Source: Nemertoderma westbladi (lineage: Eukaryota > Animalia > Xenacoelomorpha). Taken from it: a stretch of DNA of 44,934 nucleotides. The notes under the pieces were generated by a model. That model saw only the letters and a list, made by a program, of their open reading frames with translations, was not told the origin of the DNA and did no database searches. The stretch is from positions 1 through 44,934 of the forward strand of contig JAUCBJ010003425.1 of NCBI GenBank assembly GCA_032718475.1, written 5' to 3'. The translations under genes and the position numbers were made by a program. This document shows positions 11,075-23,749 of this stretch, in pieces (position 1 is the first letter of the stretch; each line of letters begins with the position of its first letter).

Positions 11075-12434
11075 TTAGTCTTTCTTGCGCGGACGGCGTT
11101 TACGCAGTTTTTTGAGGCTAGCAAGAGTCTTTTTCTCCTTGGGGCGAGCTACTTTACTAGGAGGGCTATAACTCCTGGGTAAAGGGGGCAATACAATTGC
11201 ATCGGAAGGTTTAGGGTTATGGTCGATGTCTTGTCCATTTCGATATGCTTCTCCTCGAGCTGATTTTCCTCCGCTTATCGTTGGATGCATTCGTCCAAAA
11301 ACTCTTGCAGAGAATAGGGTCGTCCAAGTTCGATATCTTCTTAGAGATTCTGGATTTCCTGATCGAACTGAGATAAAGCTAATTCGTTTACCACTTTGAC
11401 TTGCTGCTGCAATTTACGTTTCTCTAAACAATTATAGGTTCCTTTTCCGATCTTTTGACGAATAGTGTCCAACACGTTTCGTACAACTCTCTCCTCCGCC
11501 TTGGTGACAGGTTGTATCGGGTTAAACCGGGACGATGATACGGTTGAATGACGATATTAGATGTCCGCGTCCCAATCCGGCTAGGAAAGATGGGCGAATA
11601 TTTAGGGAGCCCACAACCGGAGTGCCACCGACCAACTGTTCGGGTAACACTAGATCTTTGAACAGTGAGTACAGTTCGGGAGGATCCGTGATACTATTAG
11701 GATCAAGAGTCTGAAGTCTAACTAGGGAATGAGGAGGTCTGACCAAGTATTCCGGAACTCTGATCATAGGTTTATTTAAGGATCGTTTGAATCGAATGAG
11801 CGTAGGTGATACATCGAACAAGTTTCGCTCGAAACTCCCGTAAATATAGCGAGTAAAACCGTGTTTAAAGCAACGTCTCTACGGATGTTTATGTTTTTCC
11901 GTTTGTTGGTTGGGTCTTGGGCATTCATCGCAATAATACCAAAGACGCACGTCTTGTAGGGGAAACGCGGGTGATATTTATTCGGTTTTACAATGTTTCT
12001 CTCAAGAATTCCAAATATACGCTGGAGTTACCGCGTTTATCCGGTTCTTTAACGTCTTCTCTTTCGATTCGATTTCGAATAGAATTTTCGCATTCGATTT
12101 TCAGTTTATCGTTCCGACTCCGCTGGGTAGGATATTTAAATAGTACCATTTCCCTTTCGGTGTCGACATCGTCCGTATCGTGTAAATCGATAGGATGACC
12201 AGTAGTTAAGAAGTCCATATGCGTACCATTACGATGCGTATAGCGAGCAGTGAATTTTCGATAGTCCAATTCACGCGTAAGTTGCTCCTGGGACATCGGC
12301 GGTTCGATATAACGACCATCATCCTCCGTAGTAGTTGGACTAGCGTCGCTGCGTATCAAGCTATCAACAAACGCTTGCAACGGTAGAGTATATTTCTCCC
12401 TGATACCAAGATCATCTTCTATCAACTCAGTCAT
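11075..12434 (-). pseudogene. Extra ORF between pol and 3' LTR of element B, unknown function, decayed
   Basis: ORFs 11988-12434, 11522-11821 and 11075-11290 plus readable intervening frames (WYYCDECPRP..RRCFKHGF; KAEERVVRNVLDTIRQKIG). Basic tail KKLRKRRPRKKD. Confidence 0.6.
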
Positions 12435-13256
12435 AGCTGCTATATGAGTTTATCAATATTATAATTAGTTATAATTAGGCTAGCGGGCGTCGCTGCCTAC
12501 CCCTCTCGGCCCCCGGACAGCGCAAGATCCTCAGCGCTGGTGTACTTTTGCCGATGTGCCTATCGCCAACGTAGTAGCTGCACAACGACCACAACAACCA
12601 GCGCAAGTCACTCCACCGTCCGTCCCAAAGGCTTAGATTTACTTCAGGTTCTTACTGGAGAGTTAGGGCTACTTTCACAATTGCGACTCGCTACTGTAAA
12701 CACACTTTAGTAGTAAGATTCACATATAAACACACAAATTCCACACAACTGTCACAAACCGCACACATTCGGGCCATTTGTCCGTTAGTCAAGTGCCTTC
12801 CAGAATGCCACGTTATTATTGGGTATCCTGGGATACTAGCAGTATGCTATTTATTCCTTAGGCTATTCAATGGGGCAAGCCTTTATTGTTCTTTTAACTC
12901 ACTTCTAATTCTAGCGTGGTTGTTGCCATGGTGACATTATGGAAAGCTAGCAGTAGAATTAGGGTAATTCTCATGCATACAGATCTGGGATGCTATTTAA
13001 TAGTAATTCTTTAATTGTCAATATTCCTCTTTATACATGATTTTATGAATTTTATCGGCTATTGACTATATATTGGAGATTCTCGCACACTAATACACTT
13101 AATAGGGTGAATCTCCGCTCCCATGATCTATTAATTAATGGAATTTTGGGAATGTTATAAATTGTATAAAAATGACAATTTATTAAATTCATTCAAAGAG
13201 ATGAATTAGAATTTATTCCCGTAAATTTTATTATTTAATATTAAAATAGACACAAT

Positions 13257-13521
13257 TTTATTCCAGAACATGTCTGGGGACTGGGATCCTTGATTCTAGG
13301 AAATTGGTCTTTTTAAGAATATCGGTAAGTGCTACGATATCTTAATAGACTAGAATTTGAAAGGATCTAAAATTTGACAGATTTTATAAATATTAATAGT
13401 TAATATTTAGGATGGGCACCAGTTTATTCCAGAACTTGTCTGGGGACGTTAACCACTGATTCTAGAATTTTGTCTTTCAAGTATATCGGTGGGTGCCGCG
13501 ATATCTTAATCGACTAGAATT
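13257..13521. repeat. Degenerate ~100-bp direct repeat, period 166, in the B 3' non-coding region
   Basis: TTTATTCCAGAAC.TGTCTGGGGAC...GATATCTTAAT.GACTAGAATT at 13257 and 13423. Confidence 0.85.
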
Positions 13522-14075
13522 ACAGATGGTCAAAAGGTTTAACAGATTTATTTTGCGTTTTATGCTACTATTAAAGGGACATCACGCTACTATATGTATT
13601 ATTTAATATACGGTATAAGAGCAATATCGCAAGAAGCAATGTCAGTGAGAAGAGGCAAGTCGTTTCCAAGGTCTACCCAGAGCTTGGTTTAGCCGAGACA
13701 CGAGGATCTGAATTTTGCATTCCTAATACTCTACTTACCAATAATACTTGAATATAGTAGGAGCTTTATTGTACTTTAATAAATACGGATATTTCATCTT
13801 ACTGTAGTCACGTATTTATAATGTAATACGAACAGTAAGGAAAGAGAAAAAGAATTATTTCTCGCCGTCGCACTAAATATATAATATATAAGTAATTAAG
13901 TAATAAACGCGAATATATATATGGCACTAATCTACTAAATAATCGCTAAAATAACATTCTACTAAATAAAATTAAAGAAAATGATTATAATAAAATTACA
14001 TAATAATACATACATAAATATAAAATAATGAAACAAATATAAAATAGTATAGTCATACACCCACTCCAGACGCTG

Positions 14076-14965
14076 TTACGTTGGGGAGTCCCTAGATGTT
14101 TGTTGGATTAGGGAGGTGGTCGTGGGAAGAGTATCTTGTCTTCCATAGTTTCCGGAGAGTTCTCTGTCTCTTTCCAGTAAACATAAACGACCAACTGGGC
14201 GATTGAGCTGCTGTGTCTCGAAGACATTTCCCGGTTTCTTAAAGTTACGTCGCATGACGACGAGTTCTACCGATCGCACTAAACCATCATCCAAATGTGA
14301 GTCTCGATGATACGACCTGTCTGCCACCGCTTACGTGGAAGATCTGAATCCACAATAAGGACCATGTCTCCAGCGCTGACGTTTTCTTGCTGCGCAAACC
14401 ACTTAGTTCGAAGTTGTAGCGTGGGCAGATAATGTTTTTCGAAATGGTCAGCGAAACAACGGGATAACAACTGCATAAGTTGCCAAGTTTGCCGGCAGTA
14501 TTCGTCTCCGTCTGTGATTTCCGATCGTGGGAGCATGGCTACAGGTTTCTTCAGTAGGAAGTGCGCAGGTGTTAGCGCTTCCAGGGAATCGGGACTCGAT
14601 GAGACTGGCATAAGCGGTCTCTCGTTGAGATAGGCGGCGATTTCCTCCATTAACGTCCGCAAAAGTTCGTCGGTGAGATACGCGCGGTACGGCACTATAA
14701 AGTGAAATGCGGTCTTCACGCTCCTGATTAATCTCTCCCAACTTCCTCCCCACCAAGGGGCGTTGGCGGCGTTGAAGGTCCAGCTAGACGCTGTTACCCT
14801 TAGCTGATCGTCCACCTGTCTTTGGTTCCAATCTTTGACGTAAGCCTTGATTTCATTGTTGGCACCAATGAAGTTTGTTCCCTTATCAGATCTCATCGTG
14901 TTACTAGTTCCAAAGCGAGCGATCTGTCGTCGTAAGCAACAGGAAATACTTATCAGAATCCTCAT
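14076..14965 (-). pseudogene. BEL/Pao integrase, C-terminal half only
   Basis: RSDKGTNF, APWWGGSWERLIRSVK, LNERPL, LTPAHFLL, LQLRTKW, DGLVRSV. The HHCC finger and first catalytic Asp are lost in a deletion near 14950; frameshift near 14290. Confidence 0.92.
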
Positions 14966-16910
14966 AGCATTGCAGGAGTCTCAGCATCTGCTTGTTGGTT
15001 TCTTCATGCTCCTGATAACTGATCTTCTCCTTCAGAAACCTGTCGGATATCTTGTATTTGGGAAGATCTTTAACAACATGGACCTACACAGATGTCAGTG
15101 GAGCGGTATCACTATTGGTCTTCGCCCTGGAGTAGTGATGATGAAAGCATCGCTTTAAATATGTAACGGCCTTACAGAGCCGATTCCAGGAACTGTAGTG
15201 ATATATCGCTCTCTGCAGGAGAGGTGAGAGTCCTTGCGAGACGTCTGTTATTCCAGATTTCCAATCCCTCTCTCTGATTTCCACAACAGACTTATTTGTG
15301 GCTGTGGGTTTCGGATCCAAAGCGTCGTCTCCGGAAGTGTGTAGTACAGACAGATCTACCACGGGTTTAAATAACTTCGATTTACTCACCCGAGTTTTAG
15401 GTTTGACTTTCTCCGCTCCCTTGGCCTGTCTAATCTCCGCCATAGTAAGATGAGGAGGCCATTCATCCTCTTCTTTGCTTAGGAAGTCGGGTCCACCTAA
15501 CCAGTCTGGAGTATCTATCAGTTCTTGTGGAGTTGCTCCCCTGGAGGCGATGTCTGCTGGATTAATCGTTCCGGGGCAATGTCTCCATTGATCCATCTTT
15601 GTGCGACTAAGTATAATGGCTACTCTGTTGGTAACGAAGATGCTGAACTGACAGACTTCATTGGTTATATACTCCAACACGAGTAAAGCATCGGTCCAAT
15701 AGACAGTTTTCTCCAGTGGATATTCGATCTGTTCTGTTACATTCCGGCCGATGGCTGTAGCGTATAGAGCCGCTTTTAACTCCGCTCAAGGAACTTTCAA
15801 CTTGTTGTTTATCAATGCCTTAGAGGTAACCAAGGCGACTTTGATTCCATCCGGAGTTTCCACTCTCAGGTAGGCTACTATACCTATTCCCATATCGCTG
15901 GCGTCTCCAAACACATGGAGTTGATAGGAATACGTAGGGAGAACATGACCAAAATATGAACGGGAAATTGTAAAGTTCTCGATGGCTGGTAGAGAATCTT
16001 CCCATTTCATCCACTTCTTTAATAGTTCTCCCTTAAGTGGATCGTCCCATGAGTGGTTTTCAAGCCACATTTGTTGTACTAAACTCCGAGCAATCAATAT
16101 AACTGGGCTAATAAATCCCAATGGATCGAAATAAGTGCTCAGGATACTTAAACAAATCCTTTTAGTCCGAACTGGATTATCTCGCTGTTTGAGCTGGAAA
16201 AACAGGATATCTCTCTCTGTGTCCCATTTCAAACCAAGTGTTTTGGTTTCTGGAAGATCGTCTTTGATTAGGTCTAGATCTTTCGCTCCTCGATCTTCTA
16301 CCGGGATCGATTCCAGAAACTCACGGGAGTTGCTGGTGAATTTAGTTAATCGAAATCCACCTCTTTTTAAGCACTCTACCGTTCCTTTGGCGACATCAAT
16401 GGCTTCTTCCACCGAGGGAAGTGACTTTAAATTGTCGTCCATGTATATATCCCATTTGATGTTGTCGATTACCTCTTTAGAGAAGGCGTCCCGGTTGTCA
16501 TCAGCAGTGGTGCGCACCACTGAACAGGCGTTTGAAGGGCTTGAGATGATCCCAAAAGCCTGGATGGTCATCCAATACTCCACCGGTTTCTGCAAGAGGT
16601 CTCCTTCCGGCCACCACAGAAATCGTAGGCTGTCTCGATCCCTATCCAGTGCCTTGACTTGTAAGAACATGCCTTCTATATCGGAGGCGAAAGCGATTTA
16701 ATATTGTCGTAATCTTAAGAGTATTCCCAACAAGGATTGGAGTAAGTTGGGTCCTGGTAACAATTCGGAATTAAGGGATTGGCCCATGTAGAGGGCGGAG
16801 CCATCAAATACTACCCGAACTTCATTGGGTTTACCGGGTTTGGGAACGTAATGATGTGTTAGATAGTATGTTCTCTCAGTTATGGGTGTTTCTTCCGGTA
16901 CTCGCTCCGC
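14966..16910 (-). pseudogene. BEL/Pao reverse transcriptase and RNase H with in-frame stops
   Basis: VRVVFDGSA, GPNLL, DIEGMFLQV, LRFLWW, YMDD, FDPLGFISP, LHVFGDAS, YWTDA, WRHCPGTINPADIASRG. Stops at 16698, 15786 and 15084. Confidence 0.95.
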
Positions 16911-19187
16911 TTATCCCTTATTAATAAATTTCTTCAACTGAGTCTGGTACATTTCTTTAGCTGAAGCATTTGCCGTAAGGCGTCGATGTAATTGAGCAAT
17001 TCTTTTCTCCGCCAAGGGTCGGTTGTTTATGAATTTTGGTTCTCGCTTTCGGAATGGTAGACCGATTTCATATCTACCTTGATCTTTAAGAAAACGTGTA
17101 GTTGTCTCCTGGATCTGCTTGGCTCTTTCTTCTTCTACCGATAGGGCTTTATCGTAGGAATTGGGCTCTACAGCCTCTTGAGTAAAGAATCGTACGGCGT
17201 GTTCATCCCGCGTCTTCGCGTTATAGCGCTCTATTACGTCATTCAGTTCGTCGTTATAGTCGACTTGTCCTGATGGACGAATGAGTTGACAGAGGTTCAC
17301 TTGGTTTTGCCAAGTCTCGTTTTCCGTAAGGAGGTCGATGGTATTCTCCTTGTCGAAGAGTTGGTGGATATCGTCATTATCTGAGGAGTATGGTGTTCCC
17401 TCAGTTGGGTCGTCTACCTCACTGCTCTCCGCTTCCCATTCACTTACTTGGTATACCCGTTCTTTTGGTAACCTTTCCATGAGAGTTCTATGGGAAGGGC
17501 CAGTAAAGTACCAACCTACTCTAGTTCTTCCCGCATAGGCTTGTAGTGGTTGCGGTTGAGCAGGCCATTTCTCCAATGTCTCAAGCGCCTCATGCGCATT
17601 TTGGCCGATGAGTATTTGCACTCCAGGGTAGTCTATGTTGAATCTAGGTATCTTAAGCTGCTGGGTGAAATCGTCCTCATCCCAGTTATAAGGTTCTACT
17701 TGGCTGGTACCGAAGTTCTTTATCGCCACCATTTTTACTGACCTTATACTGTGTTCTCCTAGTTCATCCTGGGGGGTGGACAACGCACCTACATAATAAT
17801 CTGCTATTACTGTAGATTTCCAAACCTGCATAATTCCTGACATGTTTAACTTAGTTCGGAACTTGGGTTGTCCAGCAAAGATGTCTTCGGCTAGTTCTTT
17901 GTCGATGAATGTTCCTGTGCTACCGGAGTCAAGGAGGGCGTTCACTATATAACTCCTTTTAGGTCCGTGGACCCTCAACTGCACTACGGGAAATTCTCGG
18001 ATTCCTACATTGGAAATTGGTGCTTTCCAAGATGGTTGTCGGTCAGAAGTAGTTAGGGGGAGCTCACTGTCGGTGTCCTTTTCATACGTAAGTGCTCGAT
18101 ACACTGCGGTATTTATCAGGTAACAGGATTCGTTTTCGTCGGAGAATTCGTCCGTATAGAATCCTTCCATCTCAGAACTTTGGTCAGTGTCGTTCACATC
18201 ACTGAATTGGACATGTAGTTCGGACTCACTTACCTGACTCGGGCTGTTTCGTTCGAATTCAGAGTGCAACAAGATATGATGTTTTGCGCCGTACTTCGCG
18301 CACCTTGCGTCGGAGTAACAGGTTCGCCGTTGGTGTCCTTGTCTGAGGCAATTATAACACAACCGCTTATCCCACATGACTTCCCGTCTATCCTTTAATG
18401 ATTTCTTTAGGAATTCATCACACACATTCAATTGGTGGGGCCCGTCACACAGCGCACATTTCGGTTTGATGTTACTTACCTTATTTTGAGTAACGTTGTG
18501 CACACTCATTCTTTCTTTGGGCTTTCTTACATGAATTCTCTTAGGAGACGTAGGAGGAGTTTTTCTTACCTGTTCTCTCCTGTCATTGGTTCGAGACTTG
18601 AATTTACTTACGTCTTTAGGCGTTTTGTTGACATAATAAGATCTTTCAGTGTCTTTCCCGCTGTCCTCTTCTTGAGAAGCCTGGCTTTCGCCGTCGTCGG
18701 TATAACACACTGGTGTTACCTTTCTCCTAGAAATGGGTTTCTCACTTACTTTGTTTTCCGGTGTCTTCTCTCTGGACTGCTTTAGGAGCTGTAATTTTAC
18801 TTCTCCATCTAAGAATGACATGAGATCAGCCATGGTAGGGTCTCGTCGTTGTTGTTCCATCATATATAACACTTTCTTATCCCAGAGTGTACCTACTCCA
18901 CCCTTCGGTAAAGTAGAGGCCACGGCTCCAATAACCATAGAACTCTGATATTCATGAGACTTACCTAGCCAATCTAATTGTCTACAGATCTCCTGAATCT
19001 CATCGGAAAACTCTATAATCCCGCTGCTAATGAACTTTCGGGGCGCTACCAATTTTGCATACAAATACCTAGCTATGTTATTCCTATTATCATACCTGAT
19101 GTTTAGGGTATCCCAAACTTGTCTTAATCCATCTGGATGTCCAATAAACTTTAACGGGAAATTAACTTGGGAGATCCTTCCAAGCAC
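16911..19187 (-). pseudogene. BEL/Pao gag C-terminus (three Zn knuckles) and aspartic protease
   Basis: CALCDGPHQLNVC, CYNCLRQGHQRRTC, CAKYGAKHHILLH; ALLDSGSTGTFI; ILIGQN; TRVGW; YEIGLPF. In frame with RT across the TAA at 16911. Confidence 0.95.
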
Positions 19188-21715
19188 TCAATGAGGAATC
19201 TAAGTTTCTCTCCGTTAGATAGCACAGAGTTCTGTATGTTATCTTTGTAATATTCATTAAAAGGTAACCATTTCATCTCATCTCCATTGAACTTGACGAT
19301 CTCTCCCACCTTTACCGCTTGACGTGCTTCGGTTCTAGCCATTTGGCGCGTAAAACTTTCTTGGGCCATCGTGTTATTTAATATCGAGTTATCGGTATAT
19401 AAATTTCTCGGATTATTATCAGGTCTATATGGAATATCATTGTTAACAGGTTTATAATTACCCTTAATAGGGTTTACTATAGGAGTTTCTACTTCACTAG
19501 CAGTATAGATGCATGTAGGCTCCACACCTTGCACATGAAATACTTCAGACCTAACAGGTTGACACATTGTTACCGGGGTTGGTGGTATACCCCTTTGGGT
19601 ATTTACTAATTTATCGCGTTCTAACGCGATACTCTGCTGCACTTCTTGCAACTCTAACCTACTTTCCCTTACCGTGCCCTTGAACTGCTGAACAGTTCCT
19701 TCCATCTCCCGGACCTGCTGAGAGGAGCACTTACGGTGTTCCCTCAGCTGCCCGAGCAGGAGACCCATCTCCCGTCGTCCCTCAGCTACCCACTCGACCG
19801 CCGAAGCGGGAGTCGCCAACGTAGTAGCGGGCGAGCGAGAGACGACGGGCGATAAGTTCTTGATATCTCGCTCGGCGTCCAGGACGGGTTCGGACTCGGG
19901 AACAGTCCTACTGGGCACAGGTAGTTTCGTGCTGTGCAAAGGGAATTTAGAGGTAGGTTCTGGGAGTACAGGTGTCTCTATCACCGAAGGGGTGGCTTCG
20001 AGAACAGGCCCAATTATTTCAGGCTCATCTACTATAGTAGGGAGTCTTTCTATTTTAATAATTTGGTCTGTGGGTTCTGTACTACCTAAGTCTGTGCTAG
20101 CTAGTTGCCTTCTAACAGCTGGGGGCAAATCAGGCAATTTCTGACGGTGAGACATTTTTCTACGCCTACTTAGACGAGATCTATTTCCTCCGCCTTCAGG
20201 ATCGGTGATATCGCCTTCATCAGAGGATGTAAATCCCTGTCGTTTGGGAATAGATCGACTCATCATCTGCATTTGACTAGCTGTTAACTGTTTATTTATG
20301 TAGTCTTGATTCTCTTGAATATGTTCCAACTCTAGTTGGGTGGTCTCTTCAGATGCTCTTCGTTCTGCTTCTGCCACTGCCTCTGCCGCTGCCACTGCCG
20401 CTTTTCTTTCCGCTTCGGCCGCTGCCATTGCCGCTTTTCTTTCCGCTTCGGCCGCTGCCACTGCCGCTGCCACTGCGGCTTTTCTTTCCGCTTCGGCCGC
20501 TGCCGCTGCCGCTTTTCTTTCCGCTTCTGCCGCTGCCACTGCCGCTGCCGCTGCTGTTGTCTTTCTGTCTTCTATACGTTTTTTCTTTACCTGTTCTTCT
20601 TGGGCCCTAGCGATGCGGAGTCTTTCATCAAATTTAGCTTGGTTCGCAGCTAACATTTCCGCATCTATTGCGTCCAACACAAGCTTGGCTCCTTCACTAT
20701 TAGGGCGAAGTCCAGACAGCCGTCTCCTCAACTCTTCGTCACCTAGGAATCTTTGATAGTCTGACAGATAGATGTCAATAGCGTCCCTCTCATGCAGTTT
20801 CTCTGCTGTCGCTTCACTTTCCACTTGGGAAAAGGTAGCTTCTGTTGATTCTCCATGGGTTGAGCGCTCAGCCAGCTGAACTTTCCACTGGGCCGTTCCT
20901 TGAACCTGGAGACTCCCCCTCTGGAACCAAGTCTTTACAGCAACTTGCAACGACGCTTCCTCAAAGGCCTATAGGATTAGTCTGATTCTTAGAATTCTTT
21001 CTCGAACTTGATAAAGCAGCTCTCCCTGCTCTTGAGGTCCTTGGGGTTGTCGAAACAGTTGTTCCTCTAATCGCTCCAAAGAGCTGAAGAATCCCTGTAC
21101 GTATCCTGCTGCCGACCTCTTCCATACAGCTGGATCACTGGTGTCTTTTGTCACTCCCATCCTGTGTATGTCTTCCCAGGCAGCTTCCGATAAGTCAAAC
21201 GGGAGTCCGGGTCCGGGGAAGTTCCATTGCGACTCGACAATAGACTTCAGTTCCTCCCTCGTGTATCCCGCATAACTATCCTTGGTCGATTGCTTACTTC
21301 TCGCCCAATCAATTTGGTGTTCCTCCACCGCAATCAATACCCTAGTGAGTACGGCTGCAGGAAGGATGAGAAGGGGATCTGAATAAACCGCATCTGCCAT
21401 CTTAGCTCCGCGCTTGGGTGTCAGCTCTACAGTATCCGCACTACTGGAGCTGTCGGGCCGCTGAGAAATAAGTTCTCGGCTCGAGTGTTGCTGCTGTTCC
21501 GCTGCTTCTTGGTCTCGTTTGACTTGAGCTCGAGTGCCTATGATAGACCTACGGTGTTGGACTAGCCTAGGGTCTGATACTACTACTGGAGGGATGATCT
21601 TTCTTACAGTAGGAGGTGAGTTGAACTTCGGTCTCACACGTTCCACACTCCTATCTGGGTCACAGATGGTTGTATCTAGGAGACTGTCTGACAGGTTTTG
21701 CTTTGTGTCAGACAT
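19151..21715 (-). pseudogene. BEL/Pao gag N-terminus with long extension and Ala-rich repeats
   Basis: ORFs 20969-21715 and 19151-20950 are in frame across one TAG. Ends in KFNGDEMKWLPF..EKLRFLIECLEG (DUF1759-like); frameshift at ~19160. Confidence 0.85.
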
Positions 21716-21854
21716 GTTTGTTTGTACAGTTGAATGCCTACTGCTATATTACAGTTAAAGCTAGTCTAGTAATTCAGTATCACTGTTAGCCTAGTAATTA
21801 ATTACCGATATCGTTATTCTATGTAATGTGATATATATACAATATATTAGAGTA

Positions 21855-22222
21855 CCAGTATATACTTATAGTATATATAAGTATTATTACAGACTAGGTT
21901 TGTCATAGAATACCGGTATATAATTTCAGCACAAATATATAAATATATAATAAGCCTATCGTGAATACCGGTATAGAGCTTACACTTATAGTATATATAA
22001 GTATAAATTACAGACTAGAATTAATTACAGAATACCGGTATATAATTTCAGCGCAAATATATAAATATATAATAAGCCTATCGTGAATACCGGTATACAG
22101 CTTACACTTATAGTATATATATAAGTATAATTACAGACTAGAATTAATTACAGAATACCGGTATATAATTTCAGCTCAAATTTATAGAAATAAATATAAT
22201 AAGCCTATTGTAAATACCGGTA
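21855..22222. repeat. ~120-bp tandem repeat x3 in the B 5' leader
   Basis: CTTATAGTATATATAAG...CAGACTAG...GAATACCGGTATA recurs at roughly 21866, 21986 and 22107. Confidence 0.92.
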
Positions 22223-23737
22223 TGTCAATTATTTTAGAATAATTGAATTTCTGAATTTTAGGGGTTACTTGGTTACTTTACTTTACCTTATTACCGTTAT
22301 TTAAGCAGTAGTCCAACTGATATTAAGACCTAATTGTTGTATGACAGGCCTACTATTTTATAAATCGGTTTAAGTTGATTTATAATATGTATATACCTGT
22401 TTAATGGGTTTTTGTCAATATTTGAAATAAATGTTATTATTTCTGGGAAGGAGTCACTGCACAGAAGCTGTACGCTCTCAGTGAAGTGCTACTTGTTGGA
22501 CACTAAAACAAATAATTCTAATTTGCCTAAGTTACTTAATACTACAAATTACATACAATTCGGGGTGAGATTACAATCTCTAAATAAACACAAAAATTAC
22601 ACGTACGAATGTTTAGAGTAATTTTACAAGAAGTCTACAAACCAGCCTAACAAAGGGTTAGAATATCTGGTTATTACAAACAGACAGGATACTACGGTAT
22701 TTGAAAATAACAAAGCAGTAGTAAATATACTGCGTTGTCCAGATAGGAAAAATACCACCGTCTGACGACTTATAGCCGTATCGCTATAAGTACTACGTTA
22801 TGTATCACGGAGTGTTCCTACCTAGAAGTTAATTACCGCGGCCTACCAGAGCCAACGTGCCTATTAACCACTTTACAACACAAATATACTGCCTACACAC
22901 TAATTACCTTCGGAAAGCACTGTACACTAAACCCTAAATTAGGTACAAGTACTTATACTACAAATAACCAGCAGTTAAAATACTTGAACAGCTAAAAGAA
23001 CCACGGTATCTGCCGGAGTGACCAAAGCATAAAATCTCCAGTCTTTACCTACGCCAAACAGCCCTGATGTAGTACCGGGGTTAATTTAACTATAACGGTA
23101 TATATAACAAGCACAATTACTATAGGAATAAACTTGGGGGTATGAATGTTGCGAATAATCGCATAAACTCTGAATAATAAATATTACGCTACCCTTACAG
23201 ACTACACAAACAAAATACAGACCAAACGCTGGCAGACTACTATCAAGCCTAAATAAACTACAGTATATGCAGACTCCGAAATAGTTAGTTAGTATGCGTT
23301 CTAACCGAGTAGTACGACTTATTCTTTCAGGGGGGATTTACCTTACAGCACTGGATGCCCACCACTTTCCTAACTAGTACTTTATCGGACATACACTCTA
23401 GACACACTGCAATCTCTTCAGACTTAACAACAGTCAGACAACAGTCCAGCCTACAAATTACCTGTACAATCTGAGCAGGCTTACACGTCTTCTGCTCAAT
23501 ATTAACTTTCAAATAAATAAAACTGACAGAAATAGGCCTAAGTAAAATCCCAATAAAAACCAGGCGTCCCCGATTAAATATTAAGACCTACCAGTATATA
23601 ATTATCAAAATCGAATAATACTGCTGTACCTGTACTGCTGTAAGTACCGGTTCGGGTAGTTAGGCAGTCAGGCCTACTGGTTACCGGTCGACCGGTACTT
23701 TAAACTGTATTTATTGCCTACGTTGCAATACAGAAGT

Positions 23738-23749
23738 TATAACTGTTAT
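23738..23749 (-). promoter_or_regulatory. Primer-binding-site position of B: ATAACAGTTATA, complementary to its own LTR (24465-24476)
   Basis: Abuts the 5' LTR, lacks TGG, and forms a perfect 12-bp inverted match with an LTR motif. Confidence 0.75.

Noticed and set aside
11075-12434. env gene
   Set aside because: No signal peptide or transmembrane helix visible.
16135-20756. Plus-strand ORFs antisense to gag-pol
   Set aside because: Shadow frames of the minus-strand coding sequence with no recognisable domains.
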